Source: Octopus bimaculoides (Eukaryota). From it: DNA of 64,000 nucleotides. Under the pieces are notes generated by a model. The model did not search any database. It had not been told where the DNA came from and saw only the letters and a list, made by a program, of their open reading frames with translations. Below, piece by piece: positions 12,502-24,989 of the stretch. Position 1 is the stretch's first letter. Each line of letters begins with the position of its first letter. The position numbers and the translations under genes were made by a program. The DNA lies in the NCBI RefSeq assembly GCF_001194135.2, contig NC_068985.1, positions 32,621,445 through 32,685,444 on the forward strand. The letters are read 5' to 3'.

Positions 12502-13045
12502 GTAAGTATAATAGCTGTATGATCTAATACTTATATGACTTAATGATAGTTTTTAACATTGACCTAGATATATTAAAAGATATGATTAAATTCATTATTA
12601 ACCTAGAGTTTATGCACTTTAGAGAACAGAAGAAATATGTCAAACCTATGCTTATCTAATGTTATTGTTATATTGTTAAACTTTTGTAAAATTCATTGTA
12701 CTTTATATATATTATACATCAAAACAACAAATCCAAGTAAACAATACCTTAGAATATGTAATTTAAAATTATCTTAGAAGAATAAGATATTGAATTATGT
12801 TTCCAGCAAGAGTTTTACAAAAGCATCAAAGGGTTAGTTAGTAAATATATTTTACATCACGACTTTTGAACATTAGTGCTGTTGGTTATAGTTTCCAATG
12901 GACCAGTTACTGGTTCACTGCATTCCTGACAGTGAGAGTAACAAGGGAATATCTATAATTCAATATAGAAGAAATAATTCAAGGAACTTCATTCATAAAG
13001 CATTGGTTTCTAAACGATATTTATATTTTTCACCAAAAGATATAT

Positions 13046-13049
<4 letters not shown>

Positions 13050-13077
<28 letters not shown>

Positions 13078-13200
13078 ACATCTGTTTTCCATGCTGGTTT
13101 GGATTGGACAGTTTGACAGGTGCTGCACCAAACTCTGTTGTCTGCTTTGGCATGGTTTCTATGGCTGGATGCCATTTTTCATGCCAAAACCCATTCATGT
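13050..13200 (-). mobile_element. Diverged RTE 3' terminal fragment
   Basis: (CAT)n tail followed by ctgttttccatgctggtttggattggac..tttctatggctggatgcc. Confidence 0.7.
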
Positions 13201-13339
13201 ATATATAGTGGGCTTTTGTGCAGTTTCTATCTACCAAATTCAACTTGCAGAAATAAGCAACCCTCTTGCCTAAGGTGGTATACAGTGAGATCATACCCAG
13301 TGTCATATGGTTGTGAATGAACTTCTTAAATACAGTCGT

Positions 13340-13875
13340 GTGTGCATGAGAAGACCCGGCAAGCCAAGTGAGACCAAAATCCAAGGCCTCTGCCAGGGAT
13401 GTAGCCAGCCCACTTATGCATACCTTTCCTCCATTGGACACTAAACTCCGCTTGCGAAGACCTGTTGAGGCAAGTGAAATCGAAATCAATTTGACGACTG
13501 GCCCCCATGCCAACGTCTCCTCCATTGGACACTAAACTCTGCTTGTGAAGACCTGTTGGGGCAAGCGAAAGCAAAATCGTGATGGCACCACCGTTCGAGC
13601 GTGATCNNNNNNNNNNCTGGCTCCTGTGCAGGTGGCACGTAAAATACACCATTTTGAGCGTGGCCGTTGCCAGTACTGCCTGACTGGCCTTCGTGCCGGT
13701 GGCACGTAAAAGCACCCACTACACTCTTGGAGTGGTTGGCGTTAGGAAGGGCATCCAGCTGTAGAAACTGCCAAATCAGATTGGAGCCTGGTGTAGCCAT
13801 CTGGTTTCACCAGTCCTCAGTCAAATCGTCCAACCCATGCTAGCATGGAAAGCAGACGTTAAACGATGATGATGA
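13340..13875 (+). mobile_element. RTE LINE 3' UTR/terminus
   Basis: Ends gcatggaaagcagacgttaaacgatgatgatg; reverse complement of the 5862-6560 segment. Confidence 0.85.
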
Positions 13876-14773
13876 TGGTAGAAGACCTGAATTTTAAAAA
13901 TCTAGAGAAACTGCTTTTGAAAGGCTGCAAATCAATTTACAGAAAAATAAAATTTTGGAGTAGGACTGTATTTAGTTAAGAACCAAGATCCAATGGAATG
14001 TAAATCAAACCAAATAACTTCTATGTTTAACTATGGTTTATGCTGTTTCAGAAAAGTGTACTGTTGCTTCTTTTTATCTGCCACTTGTTTCCATGAAACA
14101 TAATTCCCAATCAATATAATGGAGTTTAATTTCAATTATTTTTGTGTTAATATATGTGAATATATGGGATATTATTTGAGATGCTTAAACTTTATTATGC
14201 TGTATTTTTAAAATTTATTACAAAATGGTAACTATTCTCCTATATCACCTGATATTGCCTCTGACTGGGAAAATATAATTTTACCTTTATCACTTTGTGA
14301 TTCATTCAAAGAGAATTTTTTTATCCCCCGATAAGTGACATACTTTCAGCCTTGGTATGGAAGTATGGTTTGCAAATGTGTATTATTACTAATATGGTTA
14401 TCATACTCTTGTTGAGATTCTGTTTAATGTAGTTTTATTTATGTTAAGATTGTGGTTATTAGCAAATATCCTTGAAGCAATAGGGATTTTTACATTTTTT
14501 AAAACTACTTATGAAGATTAAGTAATAGATGAATAATCTTTTTTACTTATTTTGTCTAAATGATATTTCTATTTTACCACTTAAGTATAAAAGTTTGCAA
14601 ACCAACTCAATATGTAAATTAACTCAATTAAGTCAATAAGTACTAATATTTTAGATATTAGTACTTATTTTAAATATTTTAAATTTTTGAATAGTTTAAA
14701 TATATTAAATTAAAAATTTGTTTCACACTATGCATTCTATCCTTGATTTCTTTTTTCCTTTTCTTTTTTATAG

Positions 14774-15017
14774 GTTCATGCATTGTGCGCATCATCGCAT
14801 TCATCATATAACATCACCTGAATATGATGATTTTGTCAGCATCATCTGTACTGCACAGAAAGCATTCTGCATGTCCCCTGGGGGCCCTGTGCAGTTCAAT
14901 GAGCTGCTCCAAAGTCTACGCCGCTCCAAGTCATGCCGCAAAGAACTCTGGCAGAAAATTGTCAATGGACTCACACGGGGAACATGTAATGTCACCAGCT
15001 CTAAAATTTCTCTATAA
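14774..15017 (+). CDS. ZSWIM8: ZSWIM8 terminal coding exon
   Basis: Acceptor ttcttttttatag|; AT|G gives Met, then FMHCAHHRIHHITSPEYDDFVSIICTAQKAFCMSPGGPVQFNELLQSLRRSK..KISL, stop TAA at 15015-15017. Confidence 0.92.
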
Positions 15018-16252
15018 GCAAAAAGATACTCTGGAAATAAATATTAATGCTGGCATTTGTTTGAGATGTCATCTTCTAAATTGCAGGCTGCAGTGTTAAA
15101 TTCACTATAATAAGTAACATCACAACTCATAATTTTTTCTAGTAGACATTAGTGAAAACACTTGCAATTAAAAGTTTACTTATTTGCCTTTAGTCCCAAG
15201 TAGGTAAGCAGATGTCTGTAAATGCAAGCATTGATAGCTTCAATTATTCAGGAATCATGCATTCACTCAATGAAGAAAATGTGATCTGCTGGAAATACAT
15301 ACCTAGGAATGTGTATTGTCACAATTAGTATAGTAAGCTAAATATAAGTCCTTGAATATTATAAAATATTATAAAAGCAGTGGTTTGTTTTTCTTGTTCA
15401 CACCTCCGTTTGTATTGACCCTAATCTTTCTGTTGTTGCTGCTTGTCTAACAAGTAGAAGTTACATGGCTATTATTGGCTTTTTTTCTTTTTTTTTTGGG
15501 GTGGACAATAATGTCTTCCTTGCAAGACAAATTAAAAATATGTGAATTCGAGGAAGAAAATGTTTTTAAAAATTTGGACTAGAAAAATTATTTTATAAAA
15601 TTTTAATTATAATTTCTTTAATTTAACTTTTAAAAAATTTTTAGTTCAAATTTTTCAAATTTTTTTTTAAGATGCATATTTTGCATATTTTATTAATAAT
15701 TTGTCTTACACTTTTGGAAATTTTTCCACTATGATTTTCCTTTTTTAACCTTTACTGTGTTAAATTCATTTTCACAGTTTCTTTGTTTTACTTTATGGAA
15801 GTCTGGAAATCTCAGGAATATATATACATATATTTTTTTTTTTTGTATAGATTTTCTTTCTTTCTGGTAACACTTTTTTGTTTTTGAAAGAACCTGTGGT
15901 TTGACACAGCATAATACCATTGTGGGCCACCATTATAACCTTCTGCTAAAGTTATATTCTTACATTTATCACATCATGTCAGCAATCTTTAATAGATTGG
16001 ACTTTGCTTCTGACTGCGGTAGTAATGCAGCTTGCATATCAGTGCCACAGTTTGAGAAAGCATTAAATTTGATATTATGAGTGAAGGAAAGTGTGAGTGT
16101 ATATTTACCCTGTTTACCTTGAAAATGGTGCTAACTTGAGCTTCCTCCTGCTATATTGTTGTTAGTATCGATCTCTTGGCAAAATACAGGCTTCATTAGA
16201 TTTGAGTGTAGTTATTCTTTTAATTTCTTTCCTCCCCATCAAAATTTTCAGA

Positions 16253-16508
16253 TATATATGTACACACACACACACAAACAGTGTATATATATATATATAC
16301 GTGTGTGTGTACATGTATGTATGTATGTACATATATATGTGTACATATATATATATATATATATGTATACATACATATATGTATATGTATATATATNNNN
16401 NNNNNNNNNNNNNNNNNNNNNNNNNNNNNNNNNNNNNNNNNNNNNNNNNNNNNNNNNNNNNNNNNNNNNNNNNNNNNNNNNNNNNNNNNNNNNNNNTATA
16501 TATATATT

Positions 16509-16541
<33 letters not shown>

Positions 16542-16589
16542 ACACACACACATACACACAGATATATATATACACATAGACACACATAA

Positions 16590-16641
<52 letters not shown>

Positions 16642-16750
16642 TTATATATGTATATATATATATATATACACATACACACAGATATATATATATATATTTA
16701 TATATGTATATATATATATATATATACACATACACACAGATATATATATA

Positions 16751-16796
<46 letters not shown>

Positions 16797-16835
16797 NNNN
16801 NNNNNNNNNNNNNNNNNNNNNNNNNNNNNNNNNNN

Positions 16836-16876
<41 letters not shown>

Positions 16877-16969
16877 TATGCATATATATATATACAGATA
16901 TGCATATATATATGTACAGATATATATACATATGTGTACATATATATACAGATATATATATATGTGTGT

Positions 16970-17064
<95 letters not shown>

Positions 17065-17192
17065 NNNNNNNNNNNNNNNNNNNNNNNNNNNNNNNNNNNN
17101 NNNNNNNNNNNNNNNNNNNNNNNNNNNNNNNNNNNNNNNNNNNNNNNNNNNNNNNNNNNNNNNNNNNNNNNNNNNNNNNNNNNNNNNNNNNN

Positions 17193-17241
<49 letters not shown>

Positions 17242-17370
17242 GTGTATATATATTTATACATATACACCTATATATGGATATATATAGATATATATATACG
17301 TGTATATATATTTATACATATACACCTATATACGTGTATATATATATAAATATATATAGATATACATATA
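16253..17370. repeat. Compound (TA)n/(CA)n microsatellite array with N gaps
   Basis: Direct reading; sub-unit tacacacatacacacagatatatata recurs. Confidence 0.95.
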
Positions 17371-19571
17371 TTGAATCTGGCCTTCATTTTTTCCTTGTTA
17401 TTGATCAATATAACTTCATATTATTGACTAATTTATTTTTATTTATTTCATATATGTGTAGAATAAAATGTGTAATATAAACAAGTGACATATATTCAAC
17501 ATTTGTTATGTATTGTTTGCTGCTGCTCTTGTGTTTCCTTGGAAGATGGTTGGCTGTGAAGCTATTTCAAAATGTCTAGCAGGTTTTAGAGAAATATTAC
17601 TCTTCATTACTTATCTAAGTACCTTAGTGTCTAATAGTTCCTTTTTCTTTTTTTACAGTAACTCTTTCCTTCTAGCAAGTTATGTACAGGAATACTTCAA
17701 GCAACTGCCCTCCAAAAAGCTGGTTGATTAGTTATCAACCTGTAGCAATGCAGTTTTAGTACTGTTCATATCTGCAGTGTCTCTGCTTTCTGCTCCTTCC
17801 TCAGAATCATATTTCACCACACTTCATGTCATACCCTTAAAGATTTCTTAACATACTTACTCCCAGCTTTATTGCCTTTCCATTTTCTTCATTGGCTGCA
17901 GAATATTGGACAGAATAGCTTATTTGTTATTTTTTCATTATTCACGACTACTCTCTACTTCAATTTCTGCTTTGTATCTCTTCTTCTGCTGGTTCTTTTT
18001 CCTACATTTTTTTAATAGCATGAAATTACTTGCATATGTCTGTGTGCATATGCACAAATACAATGGCACATTTGCATGTGCTCATATGTGACTGGCACCC
18101 CTGTCATTTCAAAGGCTGGGTTCTGTTTTTCACCTCTTCTCATTCTCTTATTTCTGCAGCCACTTGTGACATTTGGTTCTTGATCATTGCAAATTACTAT
18201 ATGTGGCTGGTGCAAAGTTTAATAAGTTAATATCTAGATTAAAAAAACTTCTAGTTTACTCTACTCTTGCTTAACCAGTCTGCCTTGAATTTTTATTTCA
18301 TATGGCCCTTTGCCAACTTTTGGCTTTTGACAGTTAGCCAAAGGAGGTGAAAAGAACTGTGAGGTTTCCTCATGAAAATGGTTAAGTCTAAGAATATTAC
18401 GAATATGTTTTTGTTTCTTGAAATGCTGGAAAAACCAGCATATTCCTAAGACCTCTCCTTTCTTTCTCTTTCTTTCATTTCCTCTTTACTCTCTGGCTCA
18501 CTTTCTCTCTTTCCTCTCTCTCTCTCTCTCTCTCAGTATGTTGGAGAAGTGGGATGCCAAGACTTCACATTAGTCCTTCTCTTTCATTCAGTCATCTATT
18601 TATATAAGTCTTTTTTTTTTCAATAATGAAAATAAAATAAAATAACTTTGAAATAAAATCACTATATACCAAACATATTGGGTTTTTTTTTTTTTTTTTT
18701 TTTTTTTTGCATTTAAAAAGAAAATAATTTCTCAGATGAACAGAAGGTAACATATTTATTATAGAGGTGACATAGTTATTTGAGTTCACTTTATTTAGGA
18801 CATGACTGGATCCTATTTTACATATAACAGTGATGGAGGCAAAGTCAACCCAAATGGGATTCAAATTCAGAACACTTTTTGGTTCCTCTCTTTATGCTTT
18901 ATGACTGAAGCCATGCTGACACATTGGATTCAAAGGTTTTAGTTGATCAATATTCACCACAGCTCCTTAGGAAATTATCTGGTATTTCTTTTATTGAATA
19001 GCTAAGTCCATCTTAGCATAAAAGGACATGAATTAAATAATTATAAAATATCTTTTCTTCAAGGTACCACTTCATTGACCTTACTTGCTGTGTAGTTTCT
19101 CTCTGTCAATTTCATTTACAAACTGATAGTAGAAAACACTTGTCCATGGTGTCACCCATGAGATCGAAGACCACATGACTACAAGAGCAAACTTCTTAAC
19201 CACACAACTATACTTGTCTGGGAATAATGTATTTCATTATCTTCTTCAAAAGTAAAATAATAAATGACTGGGGGTTTGGTAATTCTTAATTAGAATAAAT
19301 TAGACTCTAGTGACATACTGTTTTCATAAACACACAAAAGAAAGGCTTACCTCATGATTAATAGCAAGTATAATTTTTTAAATAATAAATAGAGCTATAT
19401 CTTAGTTAAACACAAGAGCATATGCAAAATATACTAAGGAGGGAAAATGACTGAAATGTCAGCATATTTTACTATAAGATGATTGTTGATAAACCAAAGA
19501 TGACATTTGTTTCGTAGTTGTTGATGCACTCATTGAGATTTTGTTTAATGTATCTATCTTTTATCTTTAAC

Positions 19572-19822
19572 CTTTTACTTTCAGTCATTGGACTGTGACC
19601 CTGCTGGGGCACTGTCTTAAAAACTTTCGCTGAACAATTAACCTCATACTTATGTTAAGTCTAGTACTTATTTTGTCAGTCTCCTATGCCAAACCACTAA
19701 GTTACCGGACATAAACCAGCACCAGTTGTCAAGTGGTGGTGGAAGACAAGCACAGGCACTTAAACATGCATGAGTGTGTGTGTGTGTGTATACACACACA
19801 TGTTATGGGCTTCTACACAGTA
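19572..19822 (-). mobile_element. SINE A partial (3' half), diverged
   Basis: ttttactttcagtcattggactgtgacc..ccactaagttaccggacataaacc. Confidence 0.7.
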
Positions 19823-19966
19823 AAGCTCCATTCTTACTTATAAAACACTCAACACCTTAAAAGCAAACACAAATTGCTGCCCAGCAAACTTTTTCTCAGG
19901 GCATCAAGTATATATAATATAAAAAATAACAAATCCAGAATTTGCAATTTCTTGAATGTTTTCAAG

Positions 19967-20346
19967 GCGCAGGAGTGGCTGTGTGGTAAGTAGCGTGCTT
20001 ACCAACCACATGGTTCCCGGTTTCCCACTGCTTGGCACCTTGGGCAAGTGTCTTCTACTATAGCCTTGAGCTGACCAAAGCCTTGTGAGTGGATTTGGTA
20101 AACAGAAACTGAAAGAAGCCCGTCGTGTATATATATATATGTCTGTGTGTCTGTGTTTGTCCCCCAACATCGCTTGACAACCGATGCTGGTGTGTTTACG
20201 TCCCCGTAACTTAGTGGTTCAGCAAAAAGAGACCGATAGAATAAGTACTAGGCTTACAAAGAATAAGTCCTGGGGTCGATTTGCTTGACTAAAGGCGGTG
20301 CTCCAGCATGGCCGCAGTCAAATGACTGAAACAAGTAAAGAGTAAG
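19967..20346 (+). mobile_element. SINE A, complete and little diverged copy
   Basis: gcgcaggagtggctgtgtggtaag head, short (TA)/(TG) core, tail ..gactgaaacaagtaaagagta. Confidence 0.9.
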
Positions 20347-20688
20347 GATCTGTTCTTTTGCTTACCGTTTTAAACCTGTACCCTCATATATTTCCATAAG
20401 GCATAGGCATAGACATAATCCCATATGTACATGACACCACACATCCTCCTAGCATTCACTAGACAGTCGTAATTATGTCAATGACCTAGAAATGTGGCTC
20501 CAAAATGACAAAAAGCAATAACTATAAAATTCATTGTTTCCTTTGTTACCAGCAACATTAGAGAACATCAAGAACGATCAGCACTCAGTGACATAAAACA
20601 TACCACAGACACAAAGGACACAAATGTAGTCAATAGTGCATAGATTAACATTAATCACATTTTGTATTTGCATGTGTGTATTCTGCTA

Positions 20689-20923
20689 TTCTTTTACTTG
20701 TTTCAGTCATTTGACTGCAGCCATGCCGGAACACCATCTTGAAGGGTTTTTAGTCAAACAAATTAACTCCAGGACTTATTTTTGAAAACCTATTATTTTA
20801 TTGGTCTCTTTTGCTAAACTGCTAAGTTACAGGGATGTAAACACACCAACACCAGTTGTCAAGCAGTGATGGGGTAACAAACAAACACAAAGCCACACAC
20901 AGATACATACATACATATATATA
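20689..20923 (-). mobile_element. SINE A 3' half ending in its TA/CA microsatellite
   Basis: ttcttttacttgtttcagtcatttgactgcagcc..aaacacaaagccacacacagatacatac. Confidence 0.8.
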
Positions 20924-21141
20924 CAAAAGTTATGAAGTGGAGTATGGAAAATCCGAGCTACATATGTTTCATAGCAAGTGGAACCTCAAAAGTGGTAAAA
21001 TCCAAGTAAGGTGTATCGCACCAGTTACTCTTCAGTACCAAGTGAGGTATATACCTCACTTGGATTTTACCACTTATGAGGTTCCACTCGCTATGAAATA
21101 TGTGCAGCCTGGTTTTTCCATACTCCATTCCCTAACTCTTG
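20924..21141. mobile_element. 218-bp MITE-like palindrome flanked by TA
   Basis: TA|caaaagttatgaagtggagtatggaaaa...ttttccatactccattccctaactcttg|TA; ~89-bp imperfect arms around a ~40-bp spacer. Confidence 0.75.
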
Positions 21142-21359
21142 TATTCTTATTCACACACTCAGCAACCCTGGTCGCCTACCATAAAAAGAACTCTTTTTAG
21201 CTTATTATTCTTCGATAAAAAAAAAAAAGTCCACAACCTTCCTTCTCAATAAACTACTATTGTTCCTGAAAGTTGTTTTTTATATATTCACTAGGGATTG
21301 CTGGAAGCTAACTTTCTTCCTACACCTCAATCTCTGAATCTAACATTTATATATATTTG

Positions 21360-22336
21360 GATCAAAACAGTGTGGTTCAAATTCGTTGGTGGTCCGAGAG
21401 TTTCAAACATGATGCTAATCTTCAATCATTTTGAATTTGAATGAAAGAAGTTAATTGTTGTTACTGTAAGATTGGCTGCAATTGGTCAAGGAAGATCCCG
21501 TAGTGGTATACTCATATATCAGTGATGACAGTTAATTGGAAAACACTGCATGGTGAACAGGAAATTGACCACGTGGTGGACAGGAAAATAATCAGGTTGT
21601 TGGAGGGGAAGTAGGAAGAGGCGGTATGCGCAAGTATATGGTGACAGAGCACCACCATATTCATCCAGCGCCCCCAACTGCCAGCTCTGCCTCTATGAAA
21701 AACGTATATCCTCCAACAAGCCACGGTATCCATCAAGAAATATGGTTTATTTTATTGCTGTCACCAACGGTATGCCCTTCTGGCAAATTTCAAGCCTCTG
21801 ACAGCCGACGGCCGGGATATACCAGTTGCTACTCTGCACCAAGGTCACTATCAACAACCAACCCCATGAGCAGGACTGCCAATTACCAATTCCCAACACA
21901 TACCAACCCGCAATGCTTGTTACGTGTGGATATGTGTATGCATGAGTGTGTGTGCATGCACACGCATGTCTATATGTATAGGTGTGTGGATGTGGGTGCC
22001 CATGTACAGATGCGCACGCTCGCATCAATACAGACATGCACACAAAACCATATGAGCATGTCCACACACCCACATACAACAATATACTTGTGCACCCTGC
22101 CCCTTCATACTTCCCCTCCAAAGACCTGACCAATTTCCTGTTCACCATGCAGTGTTTTCCAACTAACTGTCGTCATTGATATACAGTTATACCAACATCA
22201 AGCTATGACACCAATTGCAGTCCACCTTATGGTAATAGCAATCATCTCTTTTCATTCAAATTCAAAATGGCTGAAGATTAGCATCATACTTGAAACTCTC
22301 AGAGTACCAACGAATTTGAATCAAACTGTTTTGATC
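21360..22336. mobile_element. ~1-kb non-autonomous foldback element with ~270-290-bp imperfect terminal inverted repeats
   Basis: gatcaaaacagtgtggttcaaattcgttgg..ttggaaaacactgcatggtgaacaggaaatt is mirrored by aatttcctgttcaccatgcagtgttttccaa..ccaacgaatttgaatcaaactgttttgatc. Confidence 0.8.
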
Positions 22337-22394
22337 TATACATGTAACTCCCAATAAATGTGTTGAGTGCCCTTCTTTCGTTTGTCCACTCACT

Positions 22395-22575
22395 CACTCA
22401 TAATATATATATTTATACACACACATACAATGGGCTTCTTTCAGTTTCCGTCTACCATATCCACTCACAAGGCTTGGTTGACATGAAGTTATTAGAAGAC
22501 ACTTGACCAAGGTGCCATGCAATGGGACTAAACCTGGAACCATTTGGTTAGAAAGCAAGCTTGCCACACCTGTGC
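22395..22575 (-). mobile_element. SINE A 5' half
   Basis: gggcttctttcagtttccgtctacc..ggactaaacctggaaccatttggttagaaagcaagcttgccacac. Confidence 0.8.
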
Positions 22576-22591
22576 TTATATATATATATAG

Positions 22592-22965
22592 AGGTACATG
22601 TGTGGTAAGAAGCTTGCTTTCTAACCACATGGTTCCAGGTTAAGTCCAACTGCATGGCATCTTGGGGGCAAGTGTCTTCTACTATAGCCTTGGGCCAACC
22701 AAAGCTTTGTGAATGGATTTGGTACACGGAAACTGGAAGAAGCCTGTCGTGTATATTTGTGTGTGTTTGTACCCCTGCCATTGTTGACGACCAATGCTGG
22801 TGTGTTTACATCCCTGTAATTTAGTAGTTCAGCAAAAGAGACCGATAGAATAAGTACTAGGCTTACAAAGAATAAGTCCTTGGTGTCAATTTCTTCAACT
22901 AACACCCTTTAAGGCAGTGCTCCAACATGGCCGCAGTCAAATGACTGAAACAAGTAAAAGAAGAT
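22592..22965 (+). mobile_element. SINE A full-length copy, head-to-head with the previous one
   Basis: gtgtggtaagaagcttgctttctaaccacatggttcc..cagtcaaatgactgaaacaagtaaaag. Confidence 0.85.
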
Positions 22966-23304
22966 ATATATGCATAAATACACTGTTCTGTTATAGGGAT
23001 CGACAAAAAAATATTCTATCTAGCAAGGGATAAATATTTAATAAACACAGAATTTAAACATGACCTACGATTAAATGCTCTGATAAGTACAATAGTTGAA
23101 TAAGCTAGTATTACCTGCTATTGTGCAATCTTTCAGGCTCAAAATAAAAAATGGCTGGTTTCTGGGAAAAGGTAATTTGTTCTCTCTTGTTTTTTTCTCA
23201 GAGAACAGCTATGTTTATTTTGAGCCTGAAATTATGAAACTTATATCTTACATTCAAATCGTGTTTCTTAAATGAATGAGTGTGTGTGTTTGTATGTATA
23301 TATA

Positions 23305-23527
23305 TACTCTTACTCTTTTACTCTTTTACTTGTTTCAGTCATTTGACTGTGGCCATGCTGGAGCATCGCCTTTAGTCGAGTAAATCAACCCCAGAATTTA
23401 TTCTTTGGATGCCTAGTACTTATTCTATCGGTCTCTTTTGCCGAACCGCTAAGTTACGGGGACATAAACATACCACCACCGGTTGTCAAGCGATGTTGGG
23501 GGTACAAACACAGACACACATACACAG

Positions 23528-23566
<39 letters not shown>

Positions 23567-23729
23567 TACGACAGGCTTCTTTCAGTTTCCGTCTACCAAA
23601 TCCACTCACAAGGCTTTGGTCGGCCCGAGGCTATAGTAGAAGATACTTGCCCAAGGTGCCACGCAGTGGGAATGAACCCGGAACCATGTGGTTGGTAAGC
23701 AAGCTACTTACCACACAGCCACTCCTGCG
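23305..23729 (-). mobile_element. SINE A complete copy
   Basis: Near-exact reverse complement of 19967-20346 with a longer (TA)n core. Confidence 0.9.
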
Positions 23730-24072
23730 ACTATATATACATAAAGTAATAAAAGAAAATAGAGAAGAAATATGGTGGATACTAGGTTAATTTTATTTGT
23801 ATCCTGATAAAAAATAATAATAGATTTAAGATGTAAAGGAACCGAATCAACAAAAGAAATAAACATTAAAGAATCTTACACATGTTTCAATCTAGCCATT
23901 AGGTTTCGATCATGACCATTCAAGCGATATTAGATGTAAAATAACCCTACATTATGTCCGGATATCATCAGGGAGTGATGTTTATTTTCTAGTGGTGAAC
24001 ATCAAAATAACTAAGATGAAGACCGTATTTTCAAATATTCAAATCACGTAAACAAAAATTTATTAGGATAAG

Positions 24073-24270
24073 GCATCGAGCAGGTAGAAACATTAGCACG
24101 CCAGGTGAAATGCTAAGCGGTATTTCATCTGTCTTTACGTTCAGAATTCAAATTCCACCGAGGTCAATTTTGCCTTTCATCCTTTCGGGGTTGCATACTG
24201 GGGTCAATCGAATTGACTGGCCCCCTCCCCAAAAACTTTGGACCTTGTACCTAGAGTACAAAAGAATAAT
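24073..24270 (+). mobile_element. SINE B copy
   Basis: gagcaggtagaaacattagcacgccaggtgaaatgctaagcggtatt..gaattcaaattccaccgagg..cctagagtacaaaagaat. Confidence 0.85.
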
Positions 24271-24989
24271 TTATTAGGATGCCGAGTTCATGTGGGGAGA
24301 TATCATCTAATAAAATCTTGCAAAAGTACTATAATGTACTTGAAAAATAGACTTATGTGTTAAGGGTCAAAAAGTAGTAGTTGTTTAATTATAATATGGG
24401 CTGTTAAGGGTATTGAAGACAAATTGAGAGATGAAATAGATTTTTGAAGGGGAAAAAAACATAAATGATTTGGGAAATAAAAAAGAAAGATAGTTTGATA
24501 TTATATACTAAAATAACTATTAATTATTTAGCATTTCAATGTACTAATGTATACATTCCATTATTCAGAGAAAAATTATTGTTAACATACTTCGGAGATG
24601 GATTTAAATATTTATGCGAAAAAGAAAAAGTAAAGGTATAGAAAGAAAAGTGGGAGAAGAAACACATAATTTTTTATGTGAGGTATATAAAAAATTAGTG
24701 CACTTACTTGAGAGGAATTTACATTTTTATGTGGGGAAAAAAATTAAAATTTTCTTTGAGAACTCACCCAAATTGATGATTTAGTTCTAACAAAACCTGT
24801 AGATTTAGGGAAGAAATTTCAGACAAGCAAAACAGAATTGAAGGGCCTTGAAGTAAATTTCAGCCAAAGATAGACAGTCTTGAATGACTGACTACATTGA
24901 TAAAAATAAAAAAAATTTGTTTCCTTGCAAGAACAAATAGTAAAAGCAAACATTAAAAGTTGAGGTCCATGAATTGTGACAAAAAAATA

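Noticed and set aside
16156-17480. Long Y/I/C/V/T-rich ORFs (also 32083-33351, 35006-35388, 36543-36880, 38818-40084)
   Set aside because: Translations of (TA)/(CA) microsatellites and N gaps, which lack stop codons; not genes.
19967-20040. tRNA-like A/B boxes (also in SINE B and C heads)
   Set aside because: No acceptor stem or complete cloverleaf seen; they continue into SINE bodies, so they are not tRNA genes.
23880-23980. Minus-strand CTGATGA with a downstream GAAAC
   Set aside because: I could not build stem II directly ahead of GAAA or a stem I; at most a decayed remnant.
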